From Carpediemonas membranifera BICM (Eukaryota; Protista; Fornicata), in NCBI GenBank assembly GCA_019828565.1, contig JAHDYR010000062.1, positions 793,666 through 857,665 of the forward strand: DNA of 64,000 bases, given 5' to 3'. Under the pieces are notes generated by a model. That model worked only from the letters and a program-made list of their open reading frames with translations. It was not told the origin of the DNA and did not search any database. Position numbers and translations under genes: made by a program. Each line of letters starts with the position of its first letter. Positions within the stretch are counted from its first letter, which is position 1. Below, in pieces: positions 9,973 to 20,052 of the stretch.

Positions 9973-11193
9973 TTACTCAATTGGCTTCATATCCGCCACC
10001 TTCTGGTAGACAGTCATACACTGGTCGCAGAACCTGACACGATAGTCCTGGCCGTCGAGATGGAACTCAGCATAGCTGAAGTGTTTCTCTTCGCAGAACC
10101 AGTTTAGGCACGCCCGGCAGACGCCAGTGTCCTTTGTCGACTTGTCTCCGTCCTTGATACACGCGTGACATCTGTTAGACCTTCCTGCCAGACTGCAAGC
10201 TGCGCAAACCTTTCTGTTCTTACCATCAATCCTCTTCTCTCTGACACACTGAAGATGCATGAACTGATGGCAGAGATAGCACGTTTCATACTCGTTTCTT
10301 TTCATGTTTGGGTTGAAGTACCATTCAGGTGAGGCACAAACAGCGCATGCGAACAGTAACTTACGCTGATATAGCTTCAGAAACGTCGCTTGCTTGAGGG
10401 CGGGGACCTTATCGTTCATTTCAACGGCCTTGGGTGACTGCTTGAGGAGATCAGTGACAGTTGTGGAGAGTGAAGCCGTCACCATCGCGGCAACCTCCTT
10501 CAAGTCAGCCTCTTCGAGCCTCGATCGCTTCTGAGCAGGCTCATGCATCTGCGCATCAAAATTAAGCTTCTTGACGGGGGAATCAGGCTTGATGGTAGCC
10601 AAGTCAGCTCTTTTTCTGAGCTTTGGTACCAATGTTGTCACTGGAGTCTTTGTGGGTGTCTCTGCGGGTGTTTCTGCTGGGGTACGTGGCTCAGGCTGGA
10701 GCTTGCGATGCTTGATCCTGATTACAACGGCTGGAGGCCATTGAATGCCGGTGCAAGTGATCAGACTGGAGACATCGTGGAGTCCAAGTCCCCGAAACAG
10801 CACAGACATCCTGTTTCTAAACTCCTGCAAGTGTTCAGCTGCATTTGCTCTGTCTCTGACAACCAGGTAGGGTATCTTTGTGCCAATGAGCTCTGTGCCA
10901 CCCTTTCTACTTGCCACAAATGCCTGAATGGGCTCAGTAGTCGTGCGCCTGACGGAGTTTGCAATAGCAATCTTGCGAAAGCCGTTGCAGAGGCCCGATA
11001 TCACATCCTGCATGCCAAGGAGAGCGCGATGAACGTCAGAGGTCGTCAGACCGATAGTTGGGATGTCCGCGACGTCGAAAAAGCATTCCAGGAAGCTAGT
11101 CACGAACAGCCGGCGGTACTCTGTTCTCTTATCCGATCCGCAAGACGTGCCCTGCGAAATCTCAGCTTTCTTCGCAGTTTCACTGGTCGTCAT
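9973..11193 (-). CDS. PHD-finger protein with second C-terminal zinc finger
   Basis: CAVC...CYLCHQFMHLQC...CAAC = C4HC3; then CHAC...CRACLNWFCEEKH...FCDQC. Confidence 0.8.
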   Translation of the reverse strand: MTTSETAKKAEISQGTSCGSDKRTEYRRLFVTSFLECFFDVADIPTIGLTTSDVHRALLGMQDVISGLCNGFRKIAIANSVRRTTTEPIQAFVASRKGGTELIGTKIPYLVVRDRANAAEHLQEFRNRMSVLFRGLGLHDVSSLITCTGIQWPPAVVIRIKHRKLQPEPRTPAETPAETPTKTPVTTLVPKLRKRADLATIKPDSPVKKLNFDAQMHEPAQKRSRLEEADLKEVAAMVTASLSTTVTDLLKQSPKAVEMNDKVPALKQATFLKLYQRKLLFACAVCASPEWYFNPNMKRNEYETCYLCHQFMHLQCVREKRIDGKNRKVCAACSLAGRSNRCHACIKDGDKSTKDTGVCRACLNWFCEEKHFSYAEFHLDGQDYRVRFCDQCMTVYQKVADMKPIE

Positions 11194-11263
11194 ATTCTCA
11201 TCTTAAACTGCGCAGGTGTTGACGACAATGTTCCGGTTATCCACGAACGGAAGGCTTAATCAT

Positions 11264-11443
11264 ATGACCAGTTGCCTCCATGAAGTCGGCAAGATACAAG
11301 ATTCTGTTCGAGAAATACGAAATCACATCACTGGGCTGAATTGCGAGGGTTTGGTGAATGAGAGGCTGAATGACACACAACACGTTCTGGAAGAGATAGG
11401 AGATATGTTTATAGATGTAATACAGCAACTTAAAGACCACTAA
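11264..11443 (+). CDS. Small helical hypothetical protein (59 aa), divergent from the PHD gene
   Basis: Amphipathic ORF followed by AATAAG. Confidence 0.35.
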   Translation: MTSCLHEVGKIQDSVREIRNHITGLNCEGLVNERLNDTQHVLEEIGDMFIDVIQQLKDH

Positions 11444-11577
11444 CACGTTATTATCACTTTGAATAAGCAATGAATGGTTATGCAACATCAGCACCTACCT
11501 ACGAATCACAAGAATGCCCCTAGCACGTCGTATGCAAGCAAAAATGAGACTTACCCGTACCTTCCGCACGTTTCTCT

Positions 11578-11715
11578 ACGTTTCACCAATGTTGGTGAAA
11601 CGTGTGAAATAGTGAAAAAGATACGGGTGAATCTCATTTTTTCTTGCAGTTTCTTGTGCAAAAGGGTGTTTATCCTCCGTATATCCCCGGATTAACTGGC
11701 CATTCTAACAGTATG
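11578..11715 (+). mobile_element. Candidate DNA-transposon terminus A
   Basis: Shares TCATTTTTTCTTGCA...CCGG..TTAA...AACAG(T/C)ATG with 46652-46743 and abuts the truncated start of the 2202-bp array. Confidence 0.5.
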
Positions 11716-12338
11716 GTCACTTGCCATCTGGCGCATCATGAGGAGATATTGGAATGTGTTGATGTGTTTATTGACTAAATGAGCTGGAATTAGGCGGGTT
11801 TGATGTTGCTTACATGTTCTGTGGCATGCCTGATGTCCAAAGATGTATTTTGGCACAGTGATGTTGTTTAGTGTGCTCATAGCTGACCGCGTAGTTATCT
11901 TACTTCAATGTGTCGTGTTGGTGCCAAGAAATCGATGGTAGCTCGCACGTTTGAGGTAGTTGCTTGTTGCATCGATGCAACGCACTTTAAGGATTAAAAA
12001 GCTGTACCCCATAGCCGTTTCCTAAGGCCAAATGCGGCCCTCTCTAGCGTATATACACGCGTGTATTGGGACTAGATGGGACTAGATGCAGTGTTGTGGC
12101 ATGCCCGGTCTAGCTGAATCCACAAATGTGGATCGGCTCTGGCTGCCGTATAGGTGGCCATGCTTTGAACTTATGGCTGGAGACTGATACAATTGGCAGG
12201 TAGTTGACTGGTACGTGCTCATATGGACAACCGACGGCCATTCACTGGCAGGGCTCGCTTCGCAACAGACAGGCGCTCCCTGGGGCTTGGGGCTGTGCAT
12301 GAGCTTAGACAATAATCGTGGGTCAGTCTGACACCTGT

Positions 12339-13223
12339 ATGGACATCAACGCGGTCGTAAGCATGCTTCACCTTGTTTTGCCGCAGTTTATGGACGAAAT
12401 GGATGTCTTCACAGGAAAGCACTCATCCTCTGAGCATTTGCGGTATCTCATGACAATGCTCGCCGCAGTCGATGTTCTTCGGGGATCCTCGCAATCCATA
12501 AGAGGCGAGCGCCACGGAAGGGCATACTCCAAGACTATTCACACCGAGTTCTTGCGGTCCTTCCTTTTGTTGGAGCGGGAAGTGCTCAACGAGGATCCAG
12601 AAGCGCTAGAGAAGATGGATGCATTGTATTCGGGCGATCGCGAGGAAACAATGAAGATTGTCGAAGTGCACGACGGAGAAGAGGATGAGCCACCCGTAAC
12701 CAGCGCATCAAGCTCGCATAAGACAAAGAAGGCCCACAAGCGTCGGCTACTTTCGGCAAGGAAGACCCAGAAGCTAACTTTTCCGTCAGAGATTGTCCAT
12801 CCCGATGATGCTGCCTTGCCGGTGGAGAGAAGTGCGTTCCTCCAGAAGTATCTCAAGACGATCAAAGCTAGATTGCCTTCACTAGAGAGGTCAGTCGAGC
12901 GTGTGAATCGGCTGGGGGACATGCAAACTTCCCTGGCGTCACTCAACCATATTGCCGACAGCCTCTCTGAAGAGAACCTCACGGTGATGCGTATTTACGT
13001 TGCGTATAACCTAACTCTGTATGACTATATAGCGAAGGATAAGTTTACTGTGGACCCGATAATTGCTCCAACAGCTGAACTGACTAAGATGGCCGAAAAA
13101 CAACGCAGCGAGTTCATCAGCCGTAACCAGAGTTACTGCACAACCCGCACTCGCAGGACTAACAAGTCAAGCTTCTATAATGATGTACAGAAACATGCCA
13201 CGAATATGGGTGTGAGAGCATAG
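12339..13223 (+). CDS. Hypothetical ~295-aa protein, copy 1
   Basis: Long ORF with acidic and basic (KKAHKRR) patches; no family recognised. Confidence 0.65.
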   Translation: MDINAVVSMLHLVLPQFMDEMDVFTGKHSSSEHLRYLMTMLAAVDVLRGSSQSIRGERHGRAYSKTIHTEFLRSFLLLEREVLNEDPEALEKMDALYSGDREETMKIVEVHDGEEDEPPVTSASSSHKTKKAHKRRLLSARKTQKLTFPSEIVHPDDAALPVERSAFLQKYLKTIKARLPSLERSVERVNRLGDMQTSLASLNHIADSLSEENLTVMRIYVAYNLTLYDYIAKDKFTVDPIIAPTAELTKMAEKQRSEFISRNQSYCTTRTRRTNKSSFYNDVQKHATNMGVRA

Positions 13224-13246
13224 AACGAAGCCACATCATCATCGGC

Positions 13247-13603
13247 ATGATGTTGCTGACATACGCCGACTTCGGCAAGTTCCTGGAGGCTGGTTTGATT
13301 CCCAGGGACACGGGTGATGCGAGAGAGTTGGCAAACATGGTCTTGGAGAGCTTCTTCATGGCATATAACAGCGAGGGAGGAACGCGTGCAGCACTCATGC
13401 AGGAACTGAAGGATGGAGTAACTGACACAGACAGGCTATCGATGATGGAGCAAATGTTTGCGCTTTCTGTGGAGACGAACTCCCTGACGTATGTCAAGCC
13501 ATCGCCCGAGACGGAATGTGAAGAGAGAAGTGGGTCTGGCAAGCGGAAAGGCAACGTGACGGAGTCAGGCGATGATGATGGGAAGCGAGCACAGTTGGAG
13601 TAA
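13247..13603 (+). CDS. Hypothetical 118-aa protein, copy 1
   Basis: Ends GKRAQLE with stop inside AGTAAA. Confidence 0.6.
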   Translation: MMLLTYADFGKFLEAGLIPRDTGDARELANMVLESFFMAYNSEGGTRAALMQELKDGVTDTDRLSMMEQMFALSVETNSLTYVKPSPETECEERSGSGKRKGNVTESGDDDGKRAQLE

Positions 13604-14540
13604 AGAAGAATCAGTCAAATTTAAAGATAAGAGTGCAGTGCGGAGGAACACTCTCATTCTCCGAATTGTTGTTCATGCGAAAGAGGATGTATTTGTGGAA
13701 CTCGGAGTCACTAATGCGATCTTCACTCAGAGCCTTGAACCATATGCTAAACTCATTCGAGAATGTCGCCAAAACATAGGCACACCATCGATCGAAGAGG
13801 GAAGCCTCGAAGTCGAAGGAAGCATGGATATAGGTTGCCAAGTCTTTCTTTCCGACTCGTAGGCCAACCTTCATGTGTAGACTTCTGCATTGTCATTCAC
13901 CGGAGGAGCAGGCCAGAGTCACTTGCCATCTGGCGCATCATGAGGAGATATTGGAATGTGTTGATGTGTTTATTGACTAAATGAGCTGGAATTAGGCGGG
14001 TTTGATGTTGCTTACATGTTCTGTGGCATGCCTGATGTCCAAAGATGTATTTTGGCACAGTGATGTTGTTTAGTGTGCTCATAGCTGACCGCGTAGTTAT
14101 CTTACTTCAATGTGTCGTGTTGGTGCCAAGAAATCGATGGTAGCTCGCACGTTTGAGGTAGTTGCTTGTTGCATCGATGCAACGCACTTTAAGGATTAAA
14201 AAGCTGTACCCCATAGCCGTTTCCTAAGGCCAAATGCGGCCCTCTCTAGCGTATATACACGCGTGTATTGGGACTAGATGGGACTAGATGCAGTGTTGTG
14301 GCATGCCCGGTCTAGCTGAATCCACAAATGTGGATCGGCTCTGGCTGCCGTATAGGTGGCCATGCTTTGAACTTATGGCTGGAGACTGATACAATTGGCA
14401 GGTAGTTGACTGGTACGTGCTCATATGGACAACCGACGGCCATTCACTGGCAGGGCTCGCTTCGCAACAGACAGGCGCTCCCTGGGGCTTGGGGCTGTGC
14501 ATGAGCTTAGACAATAATCGTGGGTCAGTCTGACACCTGT

Positions 14541-15425
14541 ATGGACATCAACGCGGTCGTAAGCATGCTTCACCTTGTTTTGCCGCAGTTTATGGACGAA
14601 ATGGATGTCTTCACAGGAAAGCACTCATCCTCTGAGCATTTGCGGTATCTCATGACAATGCTCGCCGCAGTCGATGTTCTTCGGGGATCCTCGCAATCCA
14701 TAAGAGGCGAGCGCCACGGAAGGGCATACTCCAAGACTATTCACACCGAGTTCTTGCGGTCCTTCCTTTTGTTGGAGCGGGAAGTGCTCAACGAGGATCC
14801 AGAAGCGCTAGAGAAGATGGATGCATTGTATTCGGGCGATCGCGAGGAAACAATGAAGATTGTCGAAGTGCACGACGGAGAAGAGGATGAGCCACCCGTA
14901 ACCAGCGCATCAAGCTCGCATAAGACAAAGAAGGCCCACAAGCGTCGGCTACTTTCGGCAAGGAAGACCCAGAAGCTAACTTTTCCGTCAGAGATTGTCC
15001 ATCCCGATGATGCTGCCTTGCCGGTGGAGAGAAGTGCGTTCCTCCAGAAGTATCTCAAGACGATCAAAGCTAGATTGCCTTCACTAGAGAGGTCAGTCGA
15101 GCGTGTGAATCGGCTGGGGGACATGCAAACTTCCCTGGCGTCACTCAACCATATTGCCGACAGCCTCTCTGAAGAGAACCTCACGGTGATGCGTATTTAC
15201 GTTGCGTATAACCTAACTCTGTATGACTATATAGCGAAGGATAAGTTTACTGTGGACCCGATAATTGCTCCAACAGCTGAACTGACTAAGATGGCCGAAA
15301 AACAACGCAGCGAGTTCATCAGCCGTAACCAGAGTTACTGCACAACCCGCACTCGCAGGACTAACAAGTCAAGCTTCTATAATGATGTACAGAAACATGC
15401 CACGAATATGGGTGTGAGAGCATAG
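14541..15425 (+). CDS. Hypothetical ~295-aa protein, copy 2
   Basis: Identical to 12339-13223. Confidence 0.65.
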   Translation: MDINAVVSMLHLVLPQFMDEMDVFTGKHSSSEHLRYLMTMLAAVDVLRGSSQSIRGERHGRAYSKTIHTEFLRSFLLLEREVLNEDPEALEKMDALYSGDREETMKIVEVHDGEEDEPPVTSASSSHKTKKAHKRRLLSARKTQKLTFPSEIVHPDDAALPVERSAFLQKYLKTIKARLPSLERSVERVNRLGDMQTSLASLNHIADSLSEENLTVMRIYVAYNLTLYDYIAKDKFTVDPIIAPTAELTKMAEKQRSEFISRNQSYCTTRTRRTNKSSFYNDVQKHATNMGVRA

Positions 15426-15448
15426 AACGAAGCCACATCATCATCGGC

Positions 15449-15805
15449 ATGATGTTGCTGACATACGCCGACTTCGGCAAGTTCCTGGAGGCTGGTTTGA
15501 TTCCCAGGGACACGGGTGATGCGAGAGAGTTGGCAAACATGGTCTTGGAGAGCTTCTTCATGGCATATAACAGCGAGGGAGGAACGCGTGCAGCACTCAT
15601 GCAGGAACTGAAGGATGGAGTAACTGACACAGACAGGCTATCGATGATGGAGCAAATGTTTGCGCTTTCTGTGGAGACGAACTCCCTGACGTATGTCAAG
15701 CCATCGCCCGAGACGGAATGTGAAGAGAGAAGTGGGTCTGGCAAGCGGAAAGGCAACGTGACGGAGTCAGGCGATGATGATGGGAAGCGAGCACAGTTGG
15801 AGTAA
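15449..15805 (+). CDS. Hypothetical 118-aa protein, copy 2
   Basis: Identical to 13247-13603. Confidence 0.6.
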   Translation: MMLLTYADFGKFLEAGLIPRDTGDARELANMVLESFFMAYNSEGGTRAALMQELKDGVTDTDRLSMMEQMFALSVETNSLTYVKPSPETECEERSGSGKRKGNVTESGDDDGKRAQLE

Positions 15806-16719
15806 AGAAGAATCAGTCAAATTTAAAGATAAGAGTGCAGTGCGGAGGAACACTCTCATTCTCCGAATTGTTGTTCATGCGAAAGAGGATGTATTTGTGG
15901 AACTCGGAGTCACTAATGCGATCTTCACTCAGAGCCTTGAACCATATGCTAAACTCATTCGAGAATGTCGCCAAAACATAGGCACACCATCGATCGAAGA
16001 GGGAAGCCTCGAAGTCGAAGGAAGCATGGATATAGGTTGCCAAGTCTTTCTTTCCGACTCGTAGGCCAACCTTCATGTGTAGACTTCTGCATTGTCATTC
16101 ACCGGAGGAGCAGGCCAGAGTCACTTGCCATCTGGCGCATCATGAGGAGATATTGGAATGTGTTGATGTGTTTATTGACTAAATGAGCTGGAATTAGGCG
16201 GGTTTGATGTTGCTTACATGTTCTGTGGCATGCCTGATGTCCAAAGATGTATTTTGGCACAGTGATGTTGTTTAGTGTGCTCATAGCTGACCGCGTAGTT
16301 ATCTTACTTCAATGTGTCGTGTTGGTGCCAAGAAATCGATGGTAGCTCGCACGTTTGAGGTAGTTGCTTGTTGCATCGATGCAACGCACTTTAAGGATTA
16401 AAAAGCTGTACCCCATAGCCGTTTCCTAAGGCCAAATGCGGCCCTCTCTAGCGTATATACACGCGTGTATTGGGACTAGATGGGACTAGATGCAGTGTTG
16501 TGGCATGCCCGGTCTAGCTGAATCCACAAATGTGGATCGGCTCTGGCTGCCGTATAGGTGGCCATGCTTTGAACTTATGGCTGGAGACTGATACAATTGG
16601 CAGGTAGTTGACTGCTACGTGCTATGGACAACCGACGGTATGCCTGTCTGGGCATCAGCGCTGTCGTTCAGGCCAATCCACGTTTGTGGATCCGTGCAGT
16701 TTATGGTTTCTCGGCCTCC

Positions 16720-16900
16720 ATGCAACAGCCCTGCCTCACCATCGGTATCGACGTGTACTGCGGCAAGAACAGCTTCACCCAGGGCGAGGATAACGTCCGC
16801 CAGGGTCAGCGCCGCTCCGTCATCGGCATGTCCGCCTGGTACGTCGAAGAGCAGGGCCACCTTGAGACCGTCAACCGTCCCGTCGAGACCATCGCCCGCT
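16720..16900 (+). pseudogene. Captured Argonaute/PIWI-domain gene fragment
   Basis: QQPCLTIGIDVY...RRSVIGMSA matches the first catalytic-Asp strand of PIWI (xGIDVxH...RRSIAGFVAS); GC3-rich codons unlike flanks. Confidence 0.7.
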
Positions 16901-17424
16901 TGGCGAGTAAGCGCTACACTACCGCTTCACCAGCCCTCCAAGGCAGCGTTCTGGACCTGCGTCATCTCCGGCGAACTGGAATGATCCAAAGTAACGGTGT
17001 AGTGTTCTTTCTGGCAGCTAATTGTGCATAAGCGAATGCTTTGTGGTCATTTATTGCTCTTTGGCGCAGCAACGCCCACAACTCTTTGGGATACTGTTCT
17101 TTTGGTGTTGATGTTGTTATTGATGTTGATTTCTCCGCTTTTCGCTGCTTTGCGTTGTAATTGCAATGTTTTCTAGTACATTCCGCGCATCAGATCATTG
17201 CTACAACCTGAACTCGCCATTTTGGCGTTGCAATGAAACTATCCCCTAAAGTGCACACTAAATGAAATCAGAACAATTTGTGGCCAGCTGCGCCAAGTGG
17301 GAAGTTTCAGTCTACTCTGTGCGTTAAAAGGTCACCATACTACATCTTCGTGGTTCGGGATACGTGCATTTTCGTGTCAATCAAACTTTTACTTCGTTCT
17401 CACCCTCTGGACTGGATAGAAATA

Positions 17425-19821
17425 CTACATCCGTGCCCTCCGCTGCTGAAATTGGATCTCATCGTCTGAAATCAACGCGCGACGTTGATCAAGGTCGGCT
17501 TGCTGTTGGCGTGACTGCCGTGCGTCGGGCCGCACCCCAGGATCAGATGGACGTTGGCAGATACAGACTGTACAAGTAGAGTTCTCATCATGGTGGTCTC
17601 CTACAACGCATGTGAGATAGTCACCATCAGTTATAAACGAGTCAGGGACGGCATTGTTGAGATGCTGCTGAAGACCGTCACGTAAAGCTGCTAGAGTGTC
17701 CTGAACGGAACCTTTGAAATTGTCATTCACCTCTTTGGAAGTCCCAAACATGCGGTTTCGCCAGCTGAATGCAGAACTGGCATCCCACAGACATTTGTGA
17801 AGACGAATCCGGTTGACGTGAGTCTGCAGTGGCGCAACGTCTGTGTGCTTTCGAGACGTCCGAACGCCAGTGATAAAGGCTGTCAACCGCCTGACCTGCA
17901 GCTTCTGACAGTTGTACAGCAGCGTTCTCACACGATGCTTCTCTCTGTGAACAATTGCGTCGAGCAAAAAGTCTCGCTCGAAGTACTCCTCCAGGAGATT
18001 GAAGAGTGGAATGCGCAGCCTGTGGCACACTTCTGGCAAAACTGCAATCAGGTCGTGCATGTATAACGACCCTGCAAAATCGCCCGTGTCGTAGCGGAGG
18101 TAGGGCTTCTGCCGAACATCTCTACCGGCTTCAGGTTCCTGGGCGTCATGGTTGTTGCGGTTCCGAGGCTGCTGGGCAGTCGGTAAGACCAGGGTCGAGA
18201 CATGGAAGAAGTAGAAAGTAACCATCCCCATGAAAAACAGCTTGCGAACAGTATAATCCGTCACGGGCGCCTTGGAGTAGAGCAGAGCCTGGAGATGACT
18301 GATGATCAGAATGAAGGGGCGGAGAGTTTCATCAAAGCTGTGGAGGTAATCGTTGGACAGAACGGCAAGACGGTGTCTATTCCAACTCTGTTCGTTGCAT
18401 CCCGTCGTGCGGGTGAAGGCAGCATCGATATGGGTCTGCAGGTGGTTGCCGCGAACAGCTGGAGTGAATCGTTCCAGTAGAACCCACATCTGCCTCATGA
18501 GCTCGTGGCTGACGTGCATCACTGGAGGGCAGACGATGACTTGACTCAGACTGGGAGAATTGACGTAAAATTGTCTCGTGTCGTTATCGTAGTGGCAGAA
18601 TAGTGGTGTCTGGACCTGGCCATTATCCAGACTATGAAACAGGGTCGTCTGGTGTTCACCATTGAGTAAGGTGGTTCGGCCCTGCACGGTCTGTCCCAGA
18701 GTCAGCCGGCTACAGAACGCATCGTACGGGTTTCTTGGCAGAAGGGGAAATTCAATTGCCGAGAACGGCGACCTGCTGTATCCGCCCTTGCTCACCCCGC
18801 AGATGATCTGCATGGCCTTGTGGTCTGCCAGTATCGCAGTAAGTTCCACCTTAACTGTACAGTTGGGCATCATGAAACACTTATCGTAAGAGATTGTCGT
18901 CGCCTGGCGGATGAGATTCTCGATGACGGCTGAGTGTTTGTGGAGGTCACCCTCATCTCCACTGTACTGATAAATCGTATAGGGAGGAGTGATCAGCTGC
19001 GGGAGAACTTTGCCGGAGGAGTCATAGAGTCTGACCTTGACCGCCGTGGAGGCCTTGCGGTAACCGTCAATCCAGACAAATAGCTGGATCGTCTTCACAC
19101 TCGCAGAAGAGGAATCTACCGAGTTTCGCATTGCCGTCTTCGCGACAGTGAAGCTGTTTTTGGCACGTTCGACTGAAGCGGGATTGTCGAGAGCGAATAT
19201 GATCCATTTCCGAAGGTTGTATGTCAGGCTAGATGCATACTCATGGCGACTGTTATGATACCGGCGGAACACGACGTCGTTCGCTGAGAGACGCTGGCAG
19301 ACTGCGTCAATTTGACCCTCGTATGGCGACAGAATAAGGACACCTGAACCCCCTACTGAGAACTTCTCGTGGTGGAAAACATGCTCAGAGACCAAATATT
19401 CGTCAGTGCGGAAGAGGCTGAGGATGGAAGTCGTCTGCTCCTGCTGACAAGCGATTTTTATGCTGTTGTCTGACGCAACAGTCACAGGGAGACCAGAAAA
19501 CGCAGCAGTATCAGGGTTGACCATAGACAAGCCGCTAAATCCGTCAAAGATAAGGCTGGCCGGTGTGTATGCTGCCATATCAGTGACCAAGGCTGGATCG
19601 CGGAGATTTCGGTTCAGTGGGCCGTAATCAAGAAGACTCGGGCCAATATCCTTGAGGGGCTTCGCCGGTGGGAGTTGTGGAACTCGATCGGCGACGTTCA
19701 TCGCCTGATTGGTGTCATCATCATCCACTTCGCCGACTTCACTTCCTTGCTGAAGAACCGAATGATCCCGAAGGATAACGATACAGTCAGGGGCTTGAGC
19801 ACCCTCATTGTTCACAGTCAT
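17425..19821 (-). CDS. RAG1/Transib-like DDE transposase, paralog 1
   Basis: Ordered motifs WIDGY; LADHKAMQIICGV...SPFS; PPVMH; LYMHDLIAVLPEV...LLEEYFE parallel RAG1 SCDGM; GYDEKLVREVEG...CTLC; IDALH; NYFHKTLAHVPEI...ASEGNE. Confidence 0.72.
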   Translation of the reverse strand: MTVNNEGAQAPDCIVILRDHSVLQQGSEVGEVDDDDTNQAMNVADRVPQLPPAKPLKDIGPSLLDYGPLNRNLRDPALVTDMAAYTPASLIFDGFSGLSMVNPDTAAFSGLPVTVASDNSIKIACQQEQTTSILSLFRTDEYLVSEHVFHHEKFSVGGSGVLILSPYEGQIDAVCQRLSANDVVFRRYHNSRHEYASSLTYNLRKWIIFALDNPASVERAKNSFTVAKTAMRNSVDSSSASVKTIQLFVWIDGYRKASTAVKVRLYDSSGKVLPQLITPPYTIYQYSGDEGDLHKHSAVIENLIRQATTISYDKCFMMPNCTVKVELTAILADHKAMQIICGVSKGGYSRSPFSAIEFPLLPRNPYDAFCSRLTLGQTVQGRTTLLNGEHQTTLFHSLDNGQVQTPLFCHYDNDTRQFYVNSPSLSQVIVCPPVMHVSHELMRQMWVLLERFTPAVRGNHLQTHIDAAFTRTTGCNEQSWNRHRLAVLSNDYLHSFDETLRPFILIISHLQALLYSKAPVTDYTVRKLFFMGMVTFYFFHVSTLVLPTAQQPRNRNNHDAQEPEAGRDVRQKPYLRYDTGDFAGSLYMHDLIAVLPEVCHRLRIPLFNLLEEYFERDFLLDAIVHREKHRVRTLLYNCQKLQVRRLTAFITGVRTSRKHTDVAPLQTHVNRIRLHKCLWDASSAFSWRNRMFGTSKEVNDNFKGSVQDTLAALRDGLQQHLNNAVPDSFITDGDYLTCVVGDHHDENSTCTVCICQRPSDPGVRPDARQSRQQQADLDQRRALISDDEIQFQQRRARM

Positions 19822-19827
19822 CTGTGC

Positions 19828-20052
19828 ATGGTTTACTCAACGGCGAAAGATATCCGTCCTGAGATCTACAATGCTCTGACGACAAGCAGTACATTCCCGC
19901 CAGACCTTATGGCGTTTGCAAGAATGGCATTTGGTCTCGGACAAACCGCGGCGGTGACCCATGAGTCGCCCGAAAAGCAGAAGCATGCGGACAACACAAT
20001 AGAGGATGATTCAGAGATCGAGACAAGTGGTAAGAGGGTGAGGACTGAGTAA
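19828..20052 (+). CDS. Small hypothetical protein (74 aa)
   Basis: Ends GKRVRTE with stop inside AGTAAA. Confidence 0.45.
   Translation: MVYSTAKDIRPEIYNALTTSSTFPPDLMAFARMAFGLGQTAAVTHESPEKQKHADNTIEDDSEIETSGKRVRTE

Larger units (their letters stand above)
11716..16638 (+). repeat. 2202-bp tandem array (2 units plus ~520 bp)
   Basis: GTCACTTGCC starts at 11716, 13918, 16120; identical ORFs at +2202. Confidence 0.95.

Noticed and set aside
9973-11193. RAG2 orthologue
   Set aside because: PHD only; no kelch repeats.
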